From Alphaproteobacteria bacterium (GTDB lineage: Bacteria > Pseudomonadota > Alphaproteobacteria > Rickettsiales > UBA998), in the NCBI GenBank assembly GCA_021730835.1, contig JAKFYP010000056.1:1-45419 (forward strand): a stretch of DNA of 45,419 bases, written 5' to 3'. The position numbers and the translations under genes are program-made. The notes below the pieces were generated by a model, which saw only the letters and a list, made by a program, of their open reading frames with translations, was not told where the DNA came from and made no database searches. Numbering within the stretch: the first letter of the stretch is position 1; each line of letters opens with the position of its first letter. Below are positions 1 through 8,920 of this stretch, in pieces.

Positions 1-1
1 C

Positions 2-2257
2 GCCCTTTCAATCGCAACCACCCTGCAAACCAGTGTCACCACGCTCCGGCAAGCGCTAAATAATAGCCTGCAAGCCTCGAGTTACCTTGGGGTTGCTGAT
101 GGCGGGCTGACCCAGATCGAACAACTTCTCCAGCGTATGAATGCGCTCTCGACGCAGGCTTCTTCAGGGGCACTTTCTGCAACCGAGAGGGGATTTCTCA
201 ATACAGAATTCTATCATTTGTACCGAGAGATTGACCGCATCGCTGAAACCACGAATTTTAATAATGTCCGGGTGTTGCAACAAGATCACGGAGAGACCCG
301 TATCGGCACGGCGCTCAATACCACGCAGGGTGTGCGCGCTTACGGACAGGTCAATTTCACTACCAGCAATATCGGGGCCGGACAGACAATAGTCCTTAAT
401 AACGTAACTCTGACCGAAGGTACGGATTTCACCCGGGGCGCGACCATCAACACCACGGTTCAGAATCTGGCCGATGCACTGAATGTCTCAACCAATAAAC
501 GCATCAATGTCGCCCGCTATACCGCTGAAGGTTCGATTCTGAAGATTGAGCACAAGGCCACCGGGGCGCTTGGGAATGTCTATACGATCAACGAGCAATC
601 CTCGACCGGCGGCGGCTCATTTGACACGATTGGCCTGCAACTGGATGCGTCGCGGCGGTTTACTCTCTATGAAGGCGCGGATGGCGGCGGCGGTAACCAG
701 ATCAATTCGGTAACGGCGACCGGTGGCAGCACCACGACCCTGCTGACCAGTCAGAATCAGACACCTTCGACAGCCCGGTATTTTTTTACGACCGGAACCA
801 ATATCGCGGATGGCGACACTTTCCGCATTGATGACGGGATCGGCTCCTCGGTTTTCTTCACGTTTCGTAACGCTCCGGCGGCGTCCCTTGACGTGCAGGT
901 GGGAGCGACCGGCGAGGAGAGTTTGCGTAATCTGGTTTCCACCTTTAACAACTATCTCAATACCTCTCCTGCCAGCAACACCATTCAGGGGATTCGCATG
1001 GTGGAGATGTGGCGTAGCGGCGATGAGGTGTTCGTCGCATCGCAGTTGCCGGGTATACCTTTCGATTTTATCGGCCTGACACCGGCCACGGATGCGCTCG
1101 ACATCGGGGAAACGGGCGCTGGAATTTCGCTGGAGACTCCCAATCAGGCTGCCGGGCCATTTAACCTGAGCAGCGGATCGGATACCGGGGGCGTCAATAC
1201 GACAGGCATTACCAATGATGCGTTCGTTGGGAAAATTTCCGGGTTTGAGGCCACTTATGTTGCCGATGACTCGATTCGGCTGAATATCACGGTGGGCGAG
1301 CATACCTATACGGCCAATCTGACCGATACCGACCCCACAACCAACACCGAAATTCAGTTTACTTCCAAAGATGGTGGTTATTTCTATGTCGAATTCGCCG
1401 CCCGGGAAGGCCGTGCAGTTGAAAATCAGGCTGATGCCGCCACCTTTGCCCGGGATCTGGATTTTGCGTTTTCCGGGCTGAATTTCTACCGCCGCCAGTC
1501 GCTGGATTTTAATCAGGTGGATTTGCTCAACGGGGTGGATATTTCGGTCACGACGGATGATTTCTCCAACCTCGTTTTTGAGGATGTCAGCGTGCAAGCG
1601 GCATCTGCCGGTGTCAGCGCCCAAATTACCTTTACCCTAAACGGCGAAACCTATCGCAGCCATGACCAGATCGGCACGGAAATCGGCTCGCGGGAGTTTT
1701 TTACCTTCATCAGTGAGGATGATTCGGGCAAGAGCATCCGTCTGACCGCAGGGGCCAGCAGCTTCAGCCTTGACTCCACAGAAGAAGCGCAGGAGTTGGA
1801 AGATGCGCTGAAAGAGGCGCTGGCCTTTGAAACGCTCGATATCAACGATACCTTGCTTGCCCGACAGTTTCAGGTCGGCGACACCAGCGAGCAATCCATC
1901 TCCATCCTGTTGCAATACATCGCAACCGATACCCTGTTTAGCGGCGGTACGCCCGATATCCTGACACAGGAATCGGCGGCGGCGGCTCAGAGCGCCGTGC
2001 TGGCCGCTATTGATTATGTCATCTCAGCCCGGGCTGAAGTCGGTTCGCTGCAGGAGCGGTTCGACGTGGCGGCGGATAACATCAGCAGCGCCCTGCGCAA
2101 TCAGGATATTGCCCGCGGCGCGCTGGAAGATACCGATATTGCTTCCGAATCTACGAAATTCGCACAAAATAACGTGAAAGTACAGGCTGCCATCAGCATG
2201 CTGGCGCAGACCAACGCCCTGCGGATCAGCCTGATTACGCGGCTGCTGGCTGGTTAG
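2..2257 (+). CDS. flagellin-family protein (FliC/FlgL-like) with a very large central variable region; 5' end cut by the window edge
   Basis: The frame of the 137..2257 ORF stays open back to nt 2, reading ...LTQIEQLLQRMNALSTQASSG, which is the flagellin N-terminal helical motif. The C-terminus (RAEVGSLQERF...ESTKFAQNNVKVQAAISMLAQTNALRISLITRLL) matches the flagellin C-terminal domain. About 550 aa of Thr/Gly/Asn-rich sequence lies between the two. Confidence 0.8.
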   Translation, partial: ALSIATTLQTSVTTLRQALNNSLQASSYLGVADGGLTQIEQLLQRMNALSTQASSGALSATERGFLNTEFYHLYREIDRIAETTNFNNVRVLQQDHGETRIGTALNTTQGVRAYGQVNFTTSNIGAGQTIVLNNVTLTEGTDFTRGATINTTVQNLADALNVSTNKRINVARYTAEGSILKIEHKATGALGNVYTINEQSSTGGGSFDTIGLQLDASRRFTLYEGADGGGGNQINSVTATGGSTTTLLTSQNQTPSTARYFFTTGTNIADGDTFRIDDGIGSSVFFTFRNAPAASLDVQVGATGEESLRNLVSTFNNYLNTSPASNTIQGIRMVEMWRSGDEVFVASQLPGIPFDFIGLTPATDALDIGETGAGISLETPNQAAGPFNLSSGSDTGGVNTTGITNDAFVGKISGFEATYVADDSIRLNITVGEHTYTANLTDTDPTTNTEIQFTSKDGGYFYVEFAAREGRAVENQADAATFARDLDFAFSGLNFYRRQSLDFNQVDLLNGVDISVTTDDFSNLVFEDVSVQAASAGVSAQITFTLNGETYRSHDQIGTEIGSREFFTFISEDDSGKSIRLTAGASSFSLDSTEEAQELEDALKEALAFETLDINDTLLARQFQVGDTSEQSISILLQYIATDTLFSGGTPDILTQESAAAAQSAVLAAIDYVISARAEVGSLQERFDVAADNISSALRNQDIARGALEDTDIASESTKFAQNNVKVQAAISMLAQTNALRISLITRLLAG

Positions 2258-2395
2258 AGTAAAAACCATAGATATTCCAGCGCCTTGCGCATGCTTTTCG
2301 GCGCAAGTGGCAGTATCATTGGCTTGTCACAGAAAATTCACAATATTTCCGCCCAATCGCTGATATAATGCAGAATAGGGTAATGTGAGCGATGT

Positions 2396-3559
2396 ATGGA
2401 TTCCGAACTTCCCGAGGATATGATTGACCCTCTCCTGAAGAAGGCAATCAAGATCGAACAGGCCAAGATCAAGGTCAAACCTTATAACGAAGCCGTACTT
2501 AACCGCTCTTTTGGGCTGGGCGACAGCGGGTTTTGGGGCGGGGCGGCGCTTGGGCTGGTCTCGGGGCTGGCTATCGGCGCGATTGCGATTTTTGCGCTGC
2601 CTGCGATCATGCCTGGGATTGCCCTTCAGGGTAGCGCCCTGACCGCTCTGGCCAAATTCGCCGCCGCCGGAGTGACGATCGGCACGCTCAGTGGCCAGAT
2701 CATTGGCGCAAGCGCCGGAGCCGCCGCCGCCGCCGCCGAAGAGCGCGAACGCCGGGAAAAGGGGCAGGCGCTGGAGGCGCAGATACTGGCTTCTCCTAAA
2801 TTACAGCAGATACTCAAAGACAAATACGCAGACCATATCCCGGAAGATATGCCCGCCAACACTTTTGAGGAAGTGCTGGAGAATTCACTGGATCAGGAGC
2901 ATTTCTGGAAGCGCATGGTACGCCCGAAAGTTTTGCTGCTGGCGGGAGTCCTCGGGGCGGTGGTCGGGGCGATAATGGGTGCGGCGGGAGGTATCCCGAT
3001 TCTGGAAATTGCGGGTGAGGCGACGGCGGCGCATACGCTCTACGGCGCCGGAATTTTCTCCCTGATGGGCATGGCGTTCGGCGTAAATTATTCGGCGCTG
3101 TTTACCTCCATCTGCCGGGGCGTCAATAATATGCTCAATGGCAATCCTTTTGAGAAACAAAAAGAGAAAGATGCGGCGCCGTATGATCTGGCGCTGGAAC
3201 AAAAGCTGGCGCAGGAGTTGCAAGGCAGGCCAATTACCAAATTATACGGCAGTCGCCTCGATGAGCTGATTGCCCGGGGGTATGCGCCAGGCCCGCAAAA
3301 TACTCCGGAACCGTATTGCCCGCCTGCCCCCGCGAATGAGATGCCTGCGTCCGCCGCACCCGGAGTTACGTTACTCAGGCCGATTGTATCCGCCTCCCCG
3401 GCGCGCATGCCTGCATCGGCGACTATTCCCGTCGCGGCGGATATGGAGCATATGTCTGGCTCGGTGAATCCGCGTAAACCGGCATCCCATGTAGTCTCGC
3501 ATGTCTATGAGAACCCGCTGATGGGCGTTACCGCCGATCAGGAAATTACCATACACTAA
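2396..3559 (+). CDS. hypothetical membrane protein with duplicated glycine-zipper TM modules and a Pro/Ala-rich C-terminal tail
   Basis: A 387-aa ORF. It has two Gly/Ala-rich hydrophobic blocks (GGAALGLVSGLAIGAIAIFALPAIMPGIAL...GASAGAAAAAA and LLLAGVLGAVVGAIMGAAGGIPILEIAG...) separated by a charged helical linker. I recognise no family. Confidence 0.55.
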   Translation: MDSELPEDMIDPLLKKAIKIEQAKIKVKPYNEAVLNRSFGLGDSGFWGGAALGLVSGLAIGAIAIFALPAIMPGIALQGSALTALAKFAAAGVTIGTLSGQIIGASAGAAAAAAEERERREKGQALEAQILASPKLQQILKDKYADHIPEDMPANTFEEVLENSLDQEHFWKRMVRPKVLLLAGVLGAVVGAIMGAAGGIPILEIAGEATAAHTLYGAGIFSLMGMAFGVNYSALFTSICRGVNNMLNGNPFEKQKEKDAAPYDLALEQKLAQELQGRPITKLYGSRLDELIARGYAPGPQNTPEPYCPPAPANEMPASAAPGVTLLRPIVSASPARMPASATIPVAADMEHMSGSVNPRKPASHVVSHVYENPLMGVTADQEITIH

Positions 3560-3570
3560 TCACGACAATT

Positions 3571-3655
3571 ATATAGTCATTCCACATAAGCATTCCTCCT
3601 CCTATGTTGGAATGACAGGCTTGCGACCGCAAGCCTGCCGCTTATGCGGCGTATA
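3571..3655 (+). repeat. nested-hairpin intergenic repeat, short variant (copy A)
   Basis: It shares the modules atagtcattcc...ggaatgac, ggcttgcgaccgcaagcc and gccgcttatgcggcgta with the copies at 5204..5331 (inverted) and 35587..35715 (same orientation). It lacks the AT-rich palindrome module. Confidence 0.6.
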
Positions 3656-3775
3656 AGCCTGCGTGGCGTATGAACGCCTGATTAATTCTGAGAATCAGAA
3701 TGATCAGAAATACTATACTTGTCATTTCCCGTGTATCCCTGCTAAAGAAGCGGAAGCAGTGAAGAAAATAGCGCC

Positions 3776-5185
3776 ATGCCGCCAAAAACACTTTTTGATA
3801 AAATCTGGGAGCGCCATCTGGTCAATCAGCAGGAAGACGGAACCTGCCTGATCTATATTGACCGGCATCTGGTGCACGAGGTGACTAGCCCGCAGGCTTT
3901 TGAGGGGCTGCGTATGGCAGGACGCCGGTTACGTCGCCCCGAAGCGGCGCTGGCCGTGGCCGATCATAATGTACCGACCACACCCGACCGGGCGCAGGGT
4001 ATCAAAGATGAGACTTCGCGTATTCAGGTGGAAACACTGGAGAAAAATTGTGCCGAATTCGGCGTTACCTATTTTCCGATGAACGACCGGCGGCAGGGCA
4101 TCGTCCATGTCGTCGGGCCGGAACAGGGATTTACCCAGCCGGGTATGACGATTGTTTGCGGTGATTCGCATACCTCGACGCACGGAGCATTCGGGGCGCT
4201 GGCCTTTGGCATCGGTACCAGCGAGGTCGAGCATGTGATGGCGACGCAAACCCTGATTCAAAAACGCCCTAAAACCATGCTGATTCAGGTCACGGGCGTC
4301 CCCTCCCCCGCCGTGACCGCTAAGGATATTGTGTTGGCTATCATCGGCAGGCTCGGGACGGCAGGCGGCACGGGCTACGTTCTCGAATATGCCGGGGAGA
4401 CCATCCGCAATCTCAGCATGGAAGGCCGCATGACAATCTGCAATATGTCAATTGAAGCCGGAGCGCGGGCCGGGCTGATTGCGCCGGATGACGTGACATT
4501 CACTTATCTTAAAGGCAGGCCAATGGCCCCATCAGATGAAGAGTGGGAAAAAGCAGTCGCGTACTGGCAAAGTTTTTCCAGCGATGAAGGAGCGCGCTAC
4601 GATGAGACACTGGCGCTCGATGCCGCATCCATCGCGCCGCAGGTGACATGGGGAACCAGCCCGCAGGATGTGCTTCCGGTCACCGCGTCGATTCCTGCGC
4701 CGGAGGATTTCTCTGATGCTGGCCGCCGTCAGGCAGTGGCGCGCTCGCTCGAATATATGGGCCTGAAGCCGGGGCAGAAACTGGAAGATGTGCCGGTGGA
4801 TAAAGTATTTATCGGCTCGTGCACCAACGGGCGGATCGAAGATTTGCGCGAGGTGGCTTCACTGGTCAAAGGCCGCAGGGTGGCCGGAAATATCAGGCTG
4901 GCGATGGTCGTGCCGGGTTCGGGTCTGGTCAAGGAGCAGGCTGAGGCGGAAGGGCTGGACAGGGTTTTTACCGAAGCCGGGTTTGAATGGCGCGAGCCGG
5001 GATGTTCGATGTGTCTGGCGATGAATGCCGATAAGCTGGAGCCGGGCGAGCGTTGCGCCTCGACATCCAACCGCAATTTTGAGGGCAGGCAGGGCCGTGG
5101 CGGGCGTACCCATCTGATGAGTCCGGTGATGGCCGCCGCCGCCGCGGTGACCGGCCATCTGGCGGATGTGCGGAAACTGATATGA
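3776..5185 (+). CDS. leuC: 3-isopropylmalate dehydratase large subunit
   Basis: 469 aa. It begins [16 protein letters not shown] and has the aconitase-family Fe-S ligand motifs CGDSHT and GSCTNGR and the C-terminal [10 protein letters not shown]. Confidence 0.95.
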   Translation: MPPKTLFDKIWERHLVNQQEDGTCLIYIDRHLVHEVTSPQAFEGLRMAGRRLRRPEAALAVADHNVPTTPDRAQGIKDETSRIQVETLEKNCAEFGVTYFPMNDRRQGIVHVVGPEQGFTQPGMTIVCGDSHTSTHGAFGALAFGIGTSEVEHVMATQTLIQKRPKTMLIQVTGVPSPAVTAKDIVLAIIGRLGTAGGTGYVLEYAGETIRNLSMEGRMTICNMSIEAGARAGLIAPDDVTFTYLKGRPMAPSDEEWEKAVAYWQSFSSDEGARYDETLALDAASIAPQVTWGTSPQDVLPVTASIPAPEDFSDAGRRQAVARSLEYMGLKPGQKLEDVPVDKVFIGSCTNGRIEDLREVASLVKGRRVAGNIRLAMVVPGSGLVKEQAEAEGLDRVFTEAGFEWREPGCSMCLAMNADKLEPGERCASTSNRNFEGRQGRGGRTHLMSPVMAAAAAVTGHLADVRKLI

Positions 5186-5203
5186 GGGGTTGTCCCCTGA
5201 AAT

Positions 5204-5331
5204 ATTGTCTTTCTACTTTATTTTTTCTTCATAAGAAAAAATAAAGTCGGTTACGCCGCATAAGCGGCGGGCTTGCGTTGCAAGCCATAGTCATTCCGAC
5301 TTTACAGGAAATTATTAAGTGAAATGACTAT
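5204..5331 (-). repeat. nested-hairpin intergenic repeat, full-length (copy B)
   Basis: Its reverse complement is almost identical over about 128 nt to 35587..35715. It contains four palindromic modules: ctttattttttcttcataagaaaaaataaag, gccgcataagcggc, ggcttgcgttgcaagcc and tagtcattccgac...gaaatgactat. Confidence 0.85.
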
Positions 5332-5337
5332 ATAGGT

Positions 5338-6231
5338 ATGATCGACTGGGATAAATTACGCGTATTTCACTCGGTGGCGCGGCATCGGAATATCACCCAT
5401 GCGGCGACGGAACTGGGCGTGAATCAATCCTCGATTAGTCGCCAGATTACGGCGCTTGAGGAACAAATGGGCGTGCCGCTGTTTCATCGCCGCCCGCGAG
5501 GGTTGCTCCTGAGCGAACAGGGAGAAATCCTGCTGGGTACGGTCAACGATTTTTTTCAGAAGCTTTCTCTGACGGAAAACACCCTGCTGGAACTCAACGA
5601 GCGCCCGACCGGCGAGTTGAAAGTCAGCGTGCCCATCGCCTTCGGAACGGTCTGGCTGGTTCCGGCTATGCAGGAATTTATCAAGCTCTACCGCGAAGTG
5701 CGCCTGAGCCTGATCGTTGATGACCGGGAGGTTGATCTCTCCATGCGCGAGGCCGATATTGCCATCCGGTTTTACCCGTCAAAACACCCCGACCTCATTC
5801 AGCGCCCGCTGTTTTCGGTCAAAAGCTCGCTTTATGCGTCGAATGATTACCTGCGCCAGCGCGGTATGCCCAGAAATCTCGCCGCGCTGGAGCAACATGA
5901 CCTGATTGCCTATAACGAGGGGCATCAGCCGCCCTATAAGGACATCAACTGGTTATTTACCATGGCTGAAAAGAAAGGTGTCCGCCTGAACCCGGTAATC
6001 AGCATCAACAGCCTGTACGGTATGCTGCGAGCGGTGAAAAGCGGCATGGGCATCGCCTCGCTTCCCGATTACATGGTGCAGCGTGCAAAACGCGTCAGTG
6101 TTATTCTTCCCACACTTGAAGGGCCGACCGTTGACGCGTATCTGGTCTACCCGATTGATCTGAGGGAGTCCAAGCGTGTTCGTGCTTTCCATAATTTTAT
6201 TGGGCGAAAACTGGTGGAATCGGGGTTCTGA
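5338..6231 (+). CDS. LysR-family transcriptional regulator
   Basis: The N-terminal wHTH is LRVFHSVARHRNITHAATELGVNQSSISRQITALEEQMGVPLFHR. The 297-aa length fits a LysR substrate-binding fold. Confidence 0.9.
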   Translation: MIDWDKLRVFHSVARHRNITHAATELGVNQSSISRQITALEEQMGVPLFHRRPRGLLLSEQGEILLGTVNDFFQKLSLTENTLLELNERPTGELKVSVPIAFGTVWLVPAMQEFIKLYREVRLSLIVDDREVDLSMREADIAIRFYPSKHPDLIQRPLFSVKSSLYASNDYLRQRGMPRNLAALEQHDLIAYNEGHQPPYKDINWLFTMAEKKGVRLNPVISINSLYGMLRAVKSGMGIASLPDYMVQRAKRVSVILPTLEGPTVDAYLVYPIDLRESKRVRAFHNFIGRKLVESGF

Positions 6232-6242
6232 AACGATCACCT

Positions 6243-8042
6243 CTACCGGTACTGTTCTTTCATCCACCAGGTATCGAACCCAAGATTATAGTCCGGGCGG
6301 GCTTTGGGGTGCTCGAACATATCCCAGAAGGCAACACGAAAATTACTTATACTCCAGTGGGGTATAATCAGGTGTTTCCATAACAGCACACGATCTAAAG
6401 CCCGGGCTGGTATCTTGAGAGAATTATAATCCCGGGCCGAAACGATCTTTTCAAGTAACGCATCAACGAGGGGGTCTTTAAGTCCCGACTGATTCTGGCT
6501 GCCGGGAATATCGGCCTGTGACGAATGCCAGAATTGCATTTGCTCCTGTCCCGGAAATACCAGCCCTTGATTCCACCAGATGGAAATCAGGTCAAAATCA
6601 TTCTTTTCAATACGTTTCTGGTATTGCGCATCGTCAACCAGCCGGAACGTTGCTGTGATGCCCAGCCGATTAAGGTGACGGATCATTGAGGCAACGACCC
6701 GCTCAAACGTTTTTTGGCGCATCATGAATTCAATGCTCAGTTTCTCACCGGTTTTCTGATTTACCCGGATTCCGTCTTTAATCACCCATCCGGCCTCATC
6801 AAGTAGTCTTTGTGCTTTCAACAGGTTTTCCCGATTGTTACCGGAACCATCGGACGTGAATGGCTCGTAGATTTTTGAAAAAACCTCGGGCGGCAGGGAG
6901 TCGCGGTACGGCTCCAGCAGAGCGATTTCTTCTTTTGAGGGCAGCTCACGAGCGGCGAAATCGGTGTTCTGGAAAAAACTGTCATTGCGCTCATATGCGC
7001 CAAAAAAGATGGTTTTATTCATCCATTCAAAATCCATCGTCAGGCTAATGGCTTCGCGCACGCGGGCATCGGCGAATTTCTCCTTGCGGGTGTTAAAGAT
7101 AAAAGCCTGCATGCCCCGGGGTATCTTGTGCTTTGCCGTATATTTGATCAGCCTGCCGTCGCGTACTGCCGGAATATCGTAAGCTGTCGCCCAGTTGCGG
7201 GCGATGTATTCATCATGCAGGTCGGTCTCATGGGCTTTGAGCGCTTCCAGCGCCACGGTATCGTCGAGATAAACATCGTAGCGGATTTTATCGAAATTGA
7301 AATGTCCCTTGCGCACCGGCAAGTCGCGGCCCCAGTAATCGGGGTCGCGCTGGTAAGTAATCGTGCGCCCGGCCTCGACTCTGGCGATCTTGTACGGCCC
7401 GCTGACCAGCGGCGGCTCAAGCGAAGATTTGGCAAAATCATGGGTCGTGTAATAGGTTCTGGAGATAACCGGCATGGCGGCGACGATAAACGGCAGATCG
7501 CGGTTTTCCGGGTCACTAAGCGTAAAGCGCACCCGGTACTGGCCGGTTTTTTCCGCTTTGGGGACGGGCTTATACTGGAGTTTGAAAAACGGATCTCCCT
7601 TTTCTTTCAGGGTATTTAGGGAAAAAATCACATCCTCCGGGGTTATCGGCGTGCCGTCCTGCCAGCGGGCTTTAGGGTTAAGATGAAAAGTGACAAAGGT
7701 TTTATCCGCTGCCAGATCAACACGCTCGGCGATGAGTCCATAATAGGATTGTGGCTCATCATAGGAAGGCGTCATCAGGGTTTCAAACAGATAGGCCAGC
7801 CCCGGCGCGGGCAGGCCCTTGAGGATATAGGGATTGAGGCTGTCGAAACTGGCCGGGTAGTCGAGGCGCACCGTGCCGCCCTTCGGCGCAGCGGGATTGG
7901 CGTAGTCGAAATGGTCGAAGCCGGGCTTGTATTTGGGTTCGGTGAACAAGGTCAGCGCATGGGAGGGTTTGCCCCATGCAGGCGGAACATAGCCTGAAAT
8001 CAGGCACAGGCAGGTCAGGGCAGGAAAAAAAATCAGGCGCAT
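6243..8042 (-). CDS. ABC transporter substrate-binding protein, family 5 (peptide/opine/YejA-like)
   Basis: 599 aa with an N-terminal signal peptide (MRLIFFPALTCLCLISGYVPPAWG). Size and sequence resemble YejA/OppA-type SBPs. No permease or ATPase gene is adjacent. Confidence 0.8.
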   Translation of the reverse strand: MRLIFFPALTCLCLISGYVPPAWGKPSHALTLFTEPKYKPGFDHFDYANPAAPKGGTVRLDYPASFDSLNPYILKGLPAPGLAYLFETLMTPSYDEPQSYYGLIAERVDLAADKTFVTFHLNPKARWQDGTPITPEDVIFSLNTLKEKGDPFFKLQYKPVPKAEKTGQYRVRFTLSDPENRDLPFIVAAMPVISRTYYTTHDFAKSSLEPPLVSGPYKIARVEAGRTITYQRDPDYWGRDLPVRKGHFNFDKIRYDVYLDDTVALEALKAHETDLHDEYIARNWATAYDIPAVRDGRLIKYTAKHKIPRGMQAFIFNTRKEKFADARVREAISLTMDFEWMNKTIFFGAYERNDSFFQNTDFAARELPSKEEIALLEPYRDSLPPEVFSKIYEPFTSDGSGNNRENLLKAQRLLDEAGWVIKDGIRVNQKTGEKLSIEFMMRQKTFERVVASMIRHLNRLGITATFRLVDDAQYQKRIEKNDFDLISIWWNQGLVFPGQEQMQFWHSSQADIPGSQNQSGLKDPLVDALLEKIVSARDYNSLKIPARALDRVLLWKHLIIPHWSISNFRVAFWDMFEHPKARPDYNLGFDTWWMKEQYR

Positions 8043-8149
8043 TGTTATAAAATCTTCATTTTTTATCTGAGTGAATTCAGGCTAGGACGTTTTATATAGC
8101 ACGAATGCGCTATTAGAAACGGCGAAAAACAAGAAAAACGAATCAGGCA

Positions 8150-8899
8150 ATGATGACGTATCGATACCAGAGGGCCCTTAAAACATGGAGCATGTACCCC
8201 AAAGTTAATGGGTGGATTCAGGCTATCAATCGGGGCGATGCAGATACAGAATCGCGCTTTGTGGAGAAAATGCTTCCCTGGGCGGTGGCGAAAACCGTGG
8301 AGCGTGCCCGCTATCGTTTTCCGCAAAATGAGATTTCTGAAGAAGTATGCAGGGAGATTGCAACCCACTCGTTTGCCGACATTCTCAAACGCGCAAAAAA
8401 AGGCACGGTGCGCGACTGGAAGCTGTTTTCCGGGTCTTTTCATATACTTTCGATGAATCGCCTGAAGGCTTATGTACGCGATCTTGGAGATGAGACGCTG
8501 GAAGCTCCAACCCGCTCTTCGTGCATGCCGGATGAGGTGAATGTGTGGGAAAATCCGCCTGAGGAGGCGGTGATCTGGCATCAGTTAGAAAAAGCTCTGC
8601 TGAATGCCGTCAATGAACTACAGATAGAAGACAAGAACAAAGAGGCTTTGCGGATGCGGTTTGGCATCGGCGAATATCATGCGCCGCACACCCTTGAGGA
8701 AACAGCAGGAAAACTTAAGATCAGCCGTGAAAGAGTGCGTCAGTTGGAGGGTCAGATGAGAAAGGGAATTGAGCAAGGGCCGTATTTCGCTTTGTTAAAG
8801 GAAATGTGGGACGGTGAGCCGGCATCCGGATGCAAGGGAGACCATTCGTGGACGGAATCGCTCGCCGGAGAGGATAATAGCAGGGCGCAATCCCGCTGA
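8150..8899 (+). CDS. divergent sigma-70-family factor / region-4 HTH regulator
   Basis: The C-terminal half carries a clear sigma region 4 (EALRMRFGIGEYHAPHTLEETAGKLKISRERVRQLEGQMRKGI). The N-terminal region 2 is only weakly recognisable, and the start codon is uncertain. Confidence 0.55.
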   Translation: MMTYRYQRALKTWSMYPKVNGWIQAINRGDADTESRFVEKMLPWAVAKTVERARYRFPQNEISEEVCREIATHSFADILKRAKKGTVRDWKLFSGSFHILSMNRLKAYVRDLGDETLEAPTRSSCMPDEVNVWENPPEEAVIWHQLEKALLNAVNELQIEDKNKEALRMRFGIGEYHAPHTLEETAGKLKISRERVRQLEGQMRKGIEQGPYFALLKEMWDGEPASGCKGDHSWTESLAGEDNSRAQSR

Positions 8900-8920
8900 T
8901 CGGAACCGCTCATTTCCCGA

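Noticed and set aside
525-545. A T-arm-like string, ggttcgattc, that could hint at a tRNA.
   Set aside because: It lies inside the flagellin CDS, and no acceptor, D or anticodon stems can be folded around it.
617-1624. A 335-aa minus-strand ORF antisense to the flagellin gene.
   Set aside because: It has no recognisable motif and an Arg/Gly/Pro-rich composition typical of antisense frames in GC-rich genes. It lies fully inside a well-supported CDS.
2286-2320. The hairpin cttgcgc-N10-gcgcaag after the flagellin stop, considered as a possible terminator.
   Set aside because: The loop is long at 10 nt and no downstream T-run follows, so support is insufficient.
4795-4803. DnaA-box-like 9-mers GGTGGATAA at 4795..4803 (in leuC) and 31218..31226 (in the T1SS ABC gene), considered as possible oriC markers because this is the parAB region.
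   Set aside because: They are single, isolated one-mismatch boxes inside coding sequences, more than 25 kb apart. No cluster and no AT-rich unwinding element is nearby, so this is consistent with chance.
8063-8581. A 172-aa minus-strand ORF overlapping the sigma-like gene.
   Set aside because: It is an antisense frame with an implausible His/Arg/Phe-rich composition. The plus-strand frame carries a clear sigma region 4.
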